Assembly (NCBI GenBank): GCA_000002445.1
Contig: CM000207.1
Coordinates: 2,432,001 to 2,496,000, forward strand
Length of the DNA: 64,000 bases
Reading direction: 5' to 3'
Origin: Trypanosoma brucei
Lineage: Eukaryota
A program made the translations under genes and the position numbers. The first letter of the stretch is position 1. Each line of letters opens with the position of its first letter. The notes under the pieces were generated by a model that saw only the letters and a list, made by a program, of their open reading frames with translations, had not been told where the DNA came from and ran no database searches. Positions 35,701 through 45,700 of this stretch are shown here, in pieces.

Positions 35701-38700
35701 CCACGAAACTTGCCAAGAAAAATATTTGAATGTTAATGGGCAACGCACATTGCCCGCCACAAGATTCCAGTGGAAAAAACAACCAAGTGGTGAATATTTC
35801 GCTATTCTTACTGACAAATATGGGCAATATATTCGAGTGAAAAGTACTTAGCTTTTAAAGGATCTTCATAGTGTATCACTGATGGGCTCCGAGCAGTGAA
35901 TGCCCCCAGCTCCGGCGATAAACGCCGTCAGTGCAAATGGCAGCGCAGTGGATTTATTTTTTTCATGTTGCTGCTAATGTGGAAAGGTATGTAACATCAC
36001 ATGCAATAATGTGTTTTAATTTCGTCATGCAAGGGAGGGGTCATCCGCTTAGCGAAAACAAGCCATCAATGTGTTATCTATAACATATAACTTGTACATA
36101 GTGCGCTCAGGGAAATGGAGGTAAAAAGAAAACATGATATCGGAAGATACGACGCTGTTGTGCCTGGGTGCACAGATGAGTAACGAAACTGCGTTGAAAA
36201 CAGTCGTAACTGTTATTGGACACATAACTTTCAGTGTTTTTTTTTCAAAAATAAAAAACGAATAGTAATGCAGAAAAGTACTGAGTATGCACCACGGGAA
36301 TGGGGCACCAGCTCTGTTGGTTCCATTTTTCGGTTCTACTCAAATGTGTGTTATGTGTTACGAGCAAAAAAAACCGGGGCGAAGTATTGGACATTGTTGA
36401 TACTGTCATCGTGAGGTTCGGAGCGTGGTAATAAACTATTTACCCTCGTCCTAGTGACTGGATCGTTACGGGTGGAAGTAAGATGGTGTCGTTATACCTG
36501 TTTATGTTGGTTCGCTCTCGTGATATCATAATAAGGGATTCCACAATTATTATTATTATTTCGCTGCAGTTTCCCCCTCAGAAGTTGAAAACTCATGTGC
36601 TAAGTTTTCCTCCTCATTAGAGGCACTGTCTAGTGAATTCAAGCGTCGTGTGTGATCCGGTGTTGTGCAAATATGTCGTTGTGAACTTTGTTACCTGCCA
36701 CGAGCTTTCCTATGATATGGAGAACTTCGTAACCGTTGTGCGAATGAGATGAAGTCAATTTACTCTTCCGCTCGGGGTTGGTATTTTTTTTTTTTTTTTG
36801 CATCCCATGGCTTTGTGTCACCATAAATGATTGTGTCGTCCCATTATTTTACCTCTATAGTCGCTTCATTTCTAATGTGATCGTTGAGTTGATGGCCCCT
36901 TATCTTCTCTGTCAATCTTACAATAATCATCCTAGAAAAACTTTTATAGGTGATGATTCATTTCTGCTGTTGTGATAGCAACGACAATGCGAACTCTGCA
37001 ATACCAAAAAACGATTCGGGTGTGTGCTTCGGTAAGGTTATGAAGGAAGGAATGTAATTAACGTTTTGGTCCGTAAATGAACGTTCTCATCTTTGGCGTG
37101 TCCCAACACTCAGAGACTTCGATTCAGTTATGTATGCCATAAGTTCATTTGCATATGAAAAGATGTCGAATTAATGTCTAGTGGTTCTTGTGCTTTGTTC
37201 AACCATTCATTCGATCTTTCGGAGCACTCTGCACAATACTTCACTTTCGGTTTATGATATGTGCCCTTCTCCATCTGTCCTTGCTACTATGTTGCTCACT
37301 TGGAAATTTGGATCATAGTTGCAGTTCAATTCTTTCTCACATTTTTTTCCATGGCACGACGGCTGCCGTCCGTTGGCGTGATTTATCCTCTTGATGTCCA
37401 AATCCTAATCGTATTTCTAACCTTATAATGGTGGTTGTGGTGCTGTGTGGACATACTGACCGGCAGTGCATAATACCAATTGTGTACGATGTTTTGCATT
37501 GTTTATTTATTTTGAGCGTTAATTGGACCGAATACCTGTACCACCAGACCCATCCAAGGCTCACATGCTGTTCGGTCATGAGAAAAGTTTATGGTGCACT
37601 ACAGCGGAGGTGTTTGTGATATTTTCGGTGCAGATGTTTTACCGGTGACTTTCGGCAATTGTTGCTGTTGTCAAAAGCTTTTTGCACGCTCCGCGAGGGG
37701 ACTGATATGTGATATCTCTCACGTCGGTAGGTGTGCTGCTACCGGTTATGTGCAAAGTGATACCTGTATCAAATTTGACTGCTTGTTTGTAGTCTGTAGT
37801 ATTTGAGTTTGCTCATGGAGAGTTGTTGCTTGTTTGGTTTTAATTCGATCGTGTTTAACTTCTCCCTCAGCTAAGAGTGATGTATGAACTGGAGTATATG
37901 GGATTACCTGCGTGTGTGCGGCTCTCCTTTTTTATCCTTTACCTTTCCATCACGGCTATAACACCACTACTCAAATGCAGTTTTCTCCAGTGCGATGGGG
38001 ATATATGATTGCTCGCGTAGCCATCATTGGCATACTTTTTTTGCTGGGTAAACGCAGCGCGTTCCATTACCATAATCAGATGATGCGTATTTGATCAGCG
38101 CTGTTTATATCTATCCCCCGGTAGCTTCCTCCCTATAAATGAATCATGATGCAGCACAGTTTTTGTTCCTTAGGTTCACCTGCCATATTTGGTAGATTTT
38201 CATCACACATGTTCTAAAAGGGGGATTGTAGTGTTACGCATGCAAGTTCTTGTGTAGACGTTGGCATATGGAATATCAAGTGGCTGTTGCTGCTATTTTC
38301 AGGGGAAAAAAAAAAAAGAAACGTCATCACATGGTAGCGTTAACGTGACAGACGCCAGAGAAGGGAGGAAAAAAAATCAGTCCAAGTAAACAATAAGGAG
38401 CAGCGAGGTGGGAAGTTGTTAAAGGAAAAGGTGAAGCAGTGTTACGCGTGGTCTACTTTTGGTACATATGAGCGGCACTGCCGACGCATTATATACGCGC
38501 ATCAGATGGTATCCCCATGAAGAAACTCTGCGTTTGGGATTCAAAAAAGAACTTTTCACAACACATCTGGTGACAAATTGGTGCGTTGCGAAGAGTTATG
38601 CGCAGTAAAAGGAACATTTTGTGTCTTTAATAGTCCCGCTGTTGGGGGGGGGGGGATTGTTAAATAAGTGTTTCTGGTGAGGTAAGATACATTACATAAT

Positions 38701-40101
38701 TGAACCACAGAAGGGAAATTGAGTAGCGTATTAAAAATTCTTCATGATATGTGTAAGTTCGGCTGGATTATCATCCTACTGAAATCATGTGACATGGATG
38801 ATGTTTGTGATTCGATGTGCTAAGTGTGAGGTGAGGTCATGCCTTGTTGTGTAATACCACATGGACATTCGGTCAATGTTTTTTTTTTTCGAACGGGTTG
38901 AAAAAAGAGCGCTCGCATGCACATCAGGTTTGTAATCACTGCAACGAATGCTTTATTGTGATTGAGAAGCGCGCATTGAGTGGGAGAGTACAACTCTCTA
39001 TCTCTCTCTGTGTGCGTGTGTTATGCGTGCTAAAGTGTATTATGTTCTATAACGGTGTCGATGGTGGCGCTCTGACAGCAGTGTCTATATATCACCGCAG
39101 TGGGTGTTGTGAACACGTGTGTATGTCCTTTGTGTTTTCAACTGAATTGTTGTGTTTGTTAGATAAAACTTTAAGAGTTCGTGTTCCATTAGTTGCACTG
39201 GAGAACTTCTCTAGCAATCGATGAAAGCGGTGATGTTGCTTGATTTCAAATGCTCATGCGACCAATGTGGAGCATTCGGTTGAGAAATGAAATACCCTTT
39301 TGTTTCTCTGTTTCTGGTGTGTAAAAACGCAGTGTGCTTACGGTGTCTCCTCGTGCCTCCTTTGTCTTTGCAAAAAAAAAAAAGACGTTGCACTTGACTT
39401 GTTTCCGGTTTTTGGCACATGTTGGGTTGAGAGTGAAAAGTAATGGGTAACTGGATATATCTTCCTTTTTTATCTAGGGGGGAAAAACAACTGTATGCGA
39501 GGGGGCTTAGTGTTATTATTTCATTGGAAAGTGGTTGACGGGTACTTGCCGGCGTGTGGTGCAAATTGTTTCCTTGCATAGTGCTGGGTGTAATCAGTGG
39601 TGGTATTTTTTTTTCCAAATGACGGGTGTGCACAAGGAACGAGTAGTAAGAGTGAAATACGGAGGCATGAGGTTCAGTGGAGCTAAAACTGTGCAGAAAT
39701 TGCTATTGGTCACTACGCCTATGAATTTTAAATGCTCAACTGGTGGGGGTACGGCGCAGGACTCGTGTATTCACTACCCCAAAAAGGTCCCACGAGGGGC
39801 CAACAACAGTGCTTGGAGGTCCGTTGGCGTCTTGTGGAACTCCGAATACACGGATTATGTGCCAAGTAATTTGTACAGTCGATATCTTTGTTTTTAGCCG
39901 CGAGTGCCGAGGCTTGGTCGTTGCGCATGTGCCAACAATCCGGTGGAGCAGCTATGAGCTGCGATACAGGCGCGTGCTTGCGTGCCACATCACTTCCCCC
40001 TTATTTGCCATTTTTTAATTACATAACTAATAGCGGTTCCTAAGGCGTTTTTAGCACCTATTTATTGGCGGCCGGGGCTTGTCCCCTTCTCACCATCACC
40101 A
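32737..40101. promoter_or_regulatory. Divergent strand-switch region, a candidate RNA pol II transcription start region. It lies between the minus-strand gene ending at 32736 and the plus-strand gene starting at 40102.
   Basis: Gene orientation flips here. There is no convincing ORF across 7.4 kb. The region contains GT-rich and G-homopolymer elements, gtgtgtgtgtgt followed by G14 at 34375-34388 and G13 at 38644-38656. In T. brucei, GT-rich elements mark transcription start regions. Confidence 0.4.
39991..40033 (+). promoter_or_regulatory. Polypyrimidine tract plus AG, a putative trans-splice acceptor for the RING-Rab gene
   Basis: cacttcccccttatttgccattttttaatt at 39991-40020 is followed by taAG at 40030-40033, about 70 nt upstream of the ATG at 40102. 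Confidence 0.5.
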
Positions 40102-40307
40102 ATGCCAGCACCCGCCTCTGATGTTGTGGCTTGCGCCATCTGCTTGGAGCAATGGTCAGATCCTGTAGAACTATTGCCGTGTACGCATATATTTTGCCGA
40201 GGTTGTGTTTCAACTACAACTGTGTGTCCCATATGTCGCGCAGAGGTGACTGGGCGACGTACCGCTAACCGATACTTGGTAGATGCCTCTATGTCCCTAG
40301 TTAAAAT
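40031..40307. repeat. Right arm of the inverted repeat (partner of 29708-29984). It covers the 5' leader and the RING-finger coding region.
   Basis: See the left arm. Confidence 0.85.
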
Positions 40308-41121
40308 GAAGGAACGGGATGAAAAGGCACGCGAGGAGGCGGAAAAATTGCTAAATGAAGTCATCGAGCAATCACAGGGGAAAATGTATAAGCCTACCGC
40401 GGCTGCCGGTGTGGGAGTTAACACACAGCCGCACAACCGGCGGATGAGGGTGGAAACGCTAAGAAGCACGCCTGATTATATTTTTAAGATTATACTCGTC
40501 GGTGATAGTTATGTTGGGAAGACCCGATTCTTGAAGAATCTCGTTGGTGCTATCGGCTTCGGGGATCAATGCGTCACCACCCTCAGCGTTGATGTCGTTA
40601 ATCATTACGTTATCGTTGATGGAAAGACAGTTCAGGTTTTAATGTATGATACTTGCGGCCAGGAACGTTTCCGAGCCATGACAGCACAGTTCTACCGTGA
40701 CGCCCACGGTGCCATAATGGTGTACGACACCACTCAAATTGGGAGTTTCGACAATATCGAAGTGTGGTTCTCGCAGCTCAACAGTTTTGGTTGTGAAAAT
40801 ACGAGCAAAATACTTGTCGGAAATAAATGTGATCTCCCCGAAAGAAGGGCCGTTGAAATTGGGCGGGCCAGAGCCCTGGCCGACAAACTGGGCGTTCCCT
40901 TTATAGAAACGAGCGCAATGACTGGTGCCGGAGTTGCCGTAGCAGTTGAGGCCTTAGTGAGAATGATTATGAGACAACAACCTGTTCCACTAGCCAGCCA
41001 ATGGGCAGGCAGTAAAAGCGGACATAGAAATGCAGTCAATTTGGAAAGACCCCGCCGGGAGAACGGCACCGGCAGACGGTCTGAGAGGAGCCAGAGAAAT
41101 GATAATTGTTGCTGCCAATAA
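40102..41121 (+). CDS. RING-finger (C3HC4) / Rab-like small GTPase fusion protein (339 aa) with a C-terminal CCCQ prenylation-type motif
   Basis: ATG start. RING spacing C-x2-C-x12-C-x-H-x2-C-x2-C-x6-C-x2-C (CAICLEQWSDPVELLPCTHIFCRGCVSTTTVCPICR). GTPase G1 GDSYVGKT, G3 DTCGQE followed by RFRAMTAQFYRDAHGAIMVYD (Rab-family RFRS/YYRGA signature region), G4 GNKCD, G5 ETSAM. Ends ...NDNCCCQ. Confidence 0.8.
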   Translation: MPAPASDVVACAICLEQWSDPVELLPCTHIFCRGCVSTTTVCPICRAEVTGRRTANRYLVDASMSLVKMKERDEKAREEAEKLLNEVIEQSQGKMYKPTAAAGVGVNTQPHNRRMRVETLRSTPDYIFKIILVGDSYVGKTRFLKNLVGAIGFGDQCVTTLSVDVVNHYVIVDGKTVQVLMYDTCGQERFRAMTAQFYRDAHGAIMVYDTTQIGSFDNIEVWFSQLNSFGCENTSKILVGNKCDLPERRAVEIGRARALADKLGVPFIETSAMTGAGVAVAVEALVRMIMRQQPVPLASQWAGSKSGHRNAVNLERPRRENGTGRRSERSQRNDNCCCQ

Positions 41122-41532
41122 GATGAGCTTACCATAGCCTTGTGTGAATGGTGCGTTAACAAAGGGTCTCGCCCCAATATCCAGTCAGTGAGTTAACTTA
41201 GGTGTAATGTGCATGTGCAAACGCAGTCTTTGATTTCTTTTATTGATGTTCCTGTGCTTCTCCTCCCCTCAAAATAAAATAAAATAAAAGGAAAGCTGAC
41301 GATGCCCTTAGGGAGTCAAGAAGATGGTTCGATGTCCCTTCTGTGCGTCCAACGAGGTGCGTGCACTTTCCACCGCTAAGCTCTGCGCCTCGCTCACAAC
41401 CGTAAAACAAGAGTCTTTTTTTTTCTTTTTGAATAATGCACATGCAGACGATCTGCCCCCCTCATTCACACACATATACACATATACAAAGACACTGTGA
41501 AGCGATAAAAAGCAGCGTCGAGACCTGGCGAA

Positions 41533-42720
41533 ATGCAGTGTCTCCGCTTCGTCGATGGTAAAAAGTGTTCAGTCAACACAGTGGGTGCATCCCTTTCTGC
41601 AGTGGCATGCGTGGTGGCGTTTATAGCCTTCATTGCTGAAATTAATTCTGAGGGTTGGCAATATAGGGGGAAGGTATGGTTAGATGCACCAACTAGTCGG
41701 CGAGTCCCATTTAGGAATCCGAGAGTCATTTTTGTTGTTGTTCAGACCCGACCCTCTCCAGGTTGGTGCAGAATGTTGATGACTGCTGTTGTCACGAATG
41801 TTTCTGTAATTTCTATTGGTATGGGTGGGAATTACAGTCACACCATCCGGGCAAACTGGTTATTGAACTTCTTGGATGATGAGGGTCTCCATGATGATGA
41901 TGTGTTAGTTATGTTTGATGGTGCGGACACATTCTTCACTGATGAGATCAATCGAAAAGAGATGCTAGACCCGTTCATAAAAATGTCTCCCCCACTGCCC
42001 AAATTCTTTAACCAAACGGCTATATACAGAGGTGACGCTTGGCCGCCCATGCTTCACATGGCAGAACCAGATTGTTATGCTCCCCAGTTGAACATCACAT
42101 ACAACCCGCAAAATGAGTCGCATTGGGATCGATGCGCAAGGTTTTACGCCATGGGCCTGTCAGAAGCGAAAACATTCGGTGCTGAGCGGCTTCTGGGGTT
42201 GCCACCTCCCGTGCGTGGACACCTCAACAGTGGAGGAATTGTGGGCCGGGTATGGGCGTATAAAGAGGCCTTTAATGTCTATTTAAAGTTCAGGGAGACA
42301 TCCTCTAAATGGTGGTGCGATCAGACCATGTGGACAATACTTTTCATTTGGAGCGCAGGAAATGCAACGGGTGTGGATCCCAAATACATAATACGGCGTG
42401 GAATAATTAGTCTTGACTATGACAAGAGATACTTTTACTACCCAACAGCGGCGTACAACACGCGTGCGATGATCGGCCACTTCACAGGAAATCCCCACCA
42501 GTGGTTACGGTATCTCCCGAAGTACTTTACTCGCCTTCCTTGGTATAGGAACCTTGCGGGAAACAGTACCTACAGGCAGAGTGTCGTGGAAGCATTACGA
42601 AATACGACCGTCATAACTTACAAATACACCCGGGAGAAGGTTTTGAAAAGTTATGAGGATGTCTGCAACGTTGAAGAAATGACCGACCCCGACTTCGTGG
42701 TCGACCCACTGGATAAGTGA
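41533..42720 (+). CDS. Type II membrane protein, putative glycosyltransferase-like (395 aa)
   Basis: ATG start, with a polypyrimidine tract plus AG upstream (ttgatttcttttattgatgttcctgtgcttctcctcccct). N-terminal signal-anchor (SLSAVACVVAFIAFIA). Luminal domain carries an acidic DxD-like motif (HDDDVLVMFDGADTFF) and several NxS/T sequons. The GT family was not identified. Confidence 0.45.
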   Translation: MQCLRFVDGKKCSVNTVGASLSAVACVVAFIAFIAEINSEGWQYRGKVWLDAPTSRRVPFRNPRVIFVVVQTRPSPGWCRMLMTAVVTNVSVISIGMGGNYSHTIRANWLLNFLDDEGLHDDDVLVMFDGADTFFTDEINRKEMLDPFIKMSPPLPKFFNQTAIYRGDAWPPMLHMAEPDCYAPQLNITYNPQNESHWDRCARFYAMGLSEAKTFGAERLLGLPPPVRGHLNSGGIVGRVWAYKEAFNVYLKFRETSSKWWCDQTMWTILFIWSAGNATGVDPKYIIRRGIISLDYDKRYFYYPTAAYNTRAMIGHFTGNPHQWLRYLPKYFTRLPWYRNLAGNSTYRQSVVEALRNTTVITYKYTREKVLKSYEDVCNVEEMTDPDFVVDPLDK

Positions 42721-45700
42721 CGAGTGGTGGATTTTTACTACACGCAGCGAGTAGTGGTTGGTTGAGGGGCAAATATCCAGCTGCCCAGCTGACACGTCCT
42801 TATTTTAGGTGGTACTATGCGGATCATCATGAATTACGCCCTTTAATGGCGCCTTGGTGTTGTTGTTGTTCCTTATCCTTTAAATAACATGAAGATTAAC
42901 GGGCTCAAGAGGGGAATAGTAGGAAAAAAGCTGCGGTGAAGGGTGAAGGCCCCATCTGCAGTGAATAAAAGCGTATACGGCCCCATGTGGCACCGTACAT
43001 TTTCCAGGTAATGGAAACGTTCTGTATATATTACTCGAGGCGCTAATTGTGCACGGTACGTTTGCCCACGCGTAAAACCTTCATTTTTGCATTTGAAGAG
43101 GGGGGAATCGCATCTTTATCCCTTTCCTCCTATCTTCCTTCCTTCCTTCCTCCTCCGCACCGTAAAACGAAATATAGTTAATCAAACAAGTCACTGTTAA
43201 CCACTTTTAACTAGTGACACGAAAGAGAGCGCCACGAGGTGAGGAATGAAATGATATAAAGGTGGTGTAAGACCTCCTTGTTGGGGCCCACATGTAGGGA
43301 AAAGATAAATGAATGGTGGTGAAAAGCATTAACGGGCGAAGGTTGTTTGCATCATCTTTATTGCTACCAAAAGGAAACCGCTCCATGGGTGCATGCGCCA
43401 ATGGTGTGTATTCCGGTGATCTGCCGCCGCATCTCGCCCCTCACTGGAGCAAACTTCACCTTCCCTTTTGCGTCCCCTTCCCTTTTTTTTATTTTTTCTC
43501 TGTTTTCCTTTATTTTTTTTAATGCCCTGAAGCATCATAACAACTGCGGTGCCTTCAACATTCGTTTGTAGACGGCCAGGTGGACAGCCCACTTCGTGTG
43601 AGAGTGAAAGGGACGGAGAAGAAAGGCTTCACAAGCAACACATCCTAATCGTATATGTTTTCCTTCGATTTTGAGTTAAAAAAGGGCTGTGTTGTTGTAG
43701 CCGCAGTAGCGAATTCGTTAATGTCAGCCACCCGTTAGTGCGCCAAGCAACTCATCACCGGAAAATTGCTGCCCTGAGCGGGATAAACGATGCATAAAAT
43801 CAAGAGGAAGGTTTAGTGCCCAACGCATGGGACATTGTATGGGTATTTGCTACACATAGCTCTTCAAGGTTCGGCCAAGCGCCGTAATTATTTCCATGCA
43901 CTTACAGACTTTTTAAAAGGGTCGCACATGTCCATCATTACATCACACACACTGTGCTCAAACATCTTAGTTGGTGGGTTGTTCGGCTGACGACGATCGC
44001 TGTTATCGTTTGGGATACGTCCACACCGCTAGCGTATTTTGCATGCGCCAGAAGTGACACGTACACGATAATGTAAAAAAACGTGGCTCTTCGGCTTGAG
44101 TTATTCGCCTTCACTTTGAGGGTCACTTTCGCTTGCTTACTGCTGACCCCGTCTTGCTTTGGCGTGCTAAACTCAGCCCCTGGGCCCACCTTATAAGCAA
44201 AACAACTTTATATTTGCGCGGTCGACCCCTTTGTCACCACCACTTCCGCCGCGACGTTTCACCCTTCCGTTTCAATTGAATGTACGCAGTCACTTTGTTT
44301 CGTAACTCCGGAGAGTCATTTCATTTCATAGGCAGCCGCCTTGACGAAGTCGATTATATGTGTGTTGGTGTGTGTGTGTGTGGAAAGGCGATCCGTTGTG
44401 TTGGATACTTACTGGTTTGCGTTCTAGTACGCCGGCGGCAGAGTCTGCGGCTCCATTTAACCGCGACTTTCTCACGTCCTGAACAATGGTCCGTTTTTCC
44501 AGGTTCCGTCCATCAAGGTTTTGGGTGCTAAAAAATTTCGCTTCCTTGAGTGTCATTTTCCTTTGGGTAGTGTGTCCTGTGGTTTGTTTGTTTGCTCGCC
44601 TCCCTTTTCTTTCGCCTCGTGCTCCTCAACGGACATTTAACTCGTTCACACTTCAGTGATATCATTTTGGGGGGCTTTTGCTTGACTCAGTAGGCGCAAC
44701 TCCCTCCCCTCCCGCAAGATCCACCGCCCAATATTCCTCTAGGTTCCTCCTTTTTTTTTTGCTTAACTCCCTGTCATCCACCGCAGTTCCCTCTCTTTGT
44801 GCATTGTATCCACCACTTCATTAAATGTTTACCACTCCTGCGGGAATGGCATCGGTGCCGCCATCCGGTTTTCCTGCCATTTTCAATGACTCAGTTTCAG
44901 ATGCTAGTGGGCATCTTCCGCGTTGATTTAAACACCTTCCATGTTGAAGAACTTGTTCAGAAAGTGTATTCCACGTCCTTTTGAAATGGCGATGTTCCCG
45001 TGACCGCAGTATTACTCACCTTGTATTCTTCATATAACGCGATTCGTTTCAATAGACGAATCGATACATTTGGGGCCAAGGTGACGGCTACCACCGCACT
45101 CTGTGGTGATGTTCGGTAAAGCATCCGATGCGGTAGTTGCGCTGAAAATTGTGGAACGCGGGCTCGCCATGGTTCCGAATACGCTTAAGAGCCTTCACCG
45201 TGGCGGCACTGTGCGAGCTCTAACAAGAAAATTCCAAAAAAAAAGGAATTTTGCTCATTGAAGGAACCGTTGCGTTGCTGATTGATGGTTGACGGAAGCG
45301 GGTTCTGTTGTGAGGGAAAGCAAGGGCATGAATGAGGAAACCGTGAGGCAGACATTTGGAAAGGAATGGGTGTGGGTCGTTGGCGGTGCCACGGAGTAAA
45401 GGGTTTGAGCCTGCGAGGAAATAAGACGAGCGGAAGAAGGAAGGCGTAACGAATGTTGTGGCTGGCGGTTTGAGGGGTGAGCAGACGCCTTCCACACGTA
45501 CATGCATGAACACCGGTGTTGGCAAAAGAGGGAGGTGTTTTCAGCGGTGCAGCTGCACGGCCCGGAACATTGTCGTCAGGGAAAGAAGCAGCCTTCTTTA
45601 TTTCGTCTTCCGTTGACAAGAGCGGCTTAATGTTTAGAAACATGCGGTTCACGACAATGTCAAGTAGTATCGAGGCGGAAGCCTGACTCGACAGGGGCAA

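Noticed and set aside
40062-41177. Minus-strand ORFs 40062-40469 (135 aa) and 40734-41177 (147 aa), plus the plus-strand ORF 29670-29954 opposite the RING fragment
   Set aside because: Antisense to the RING-Rab gene or its duplicate. The compositions are typical of shadow frames.
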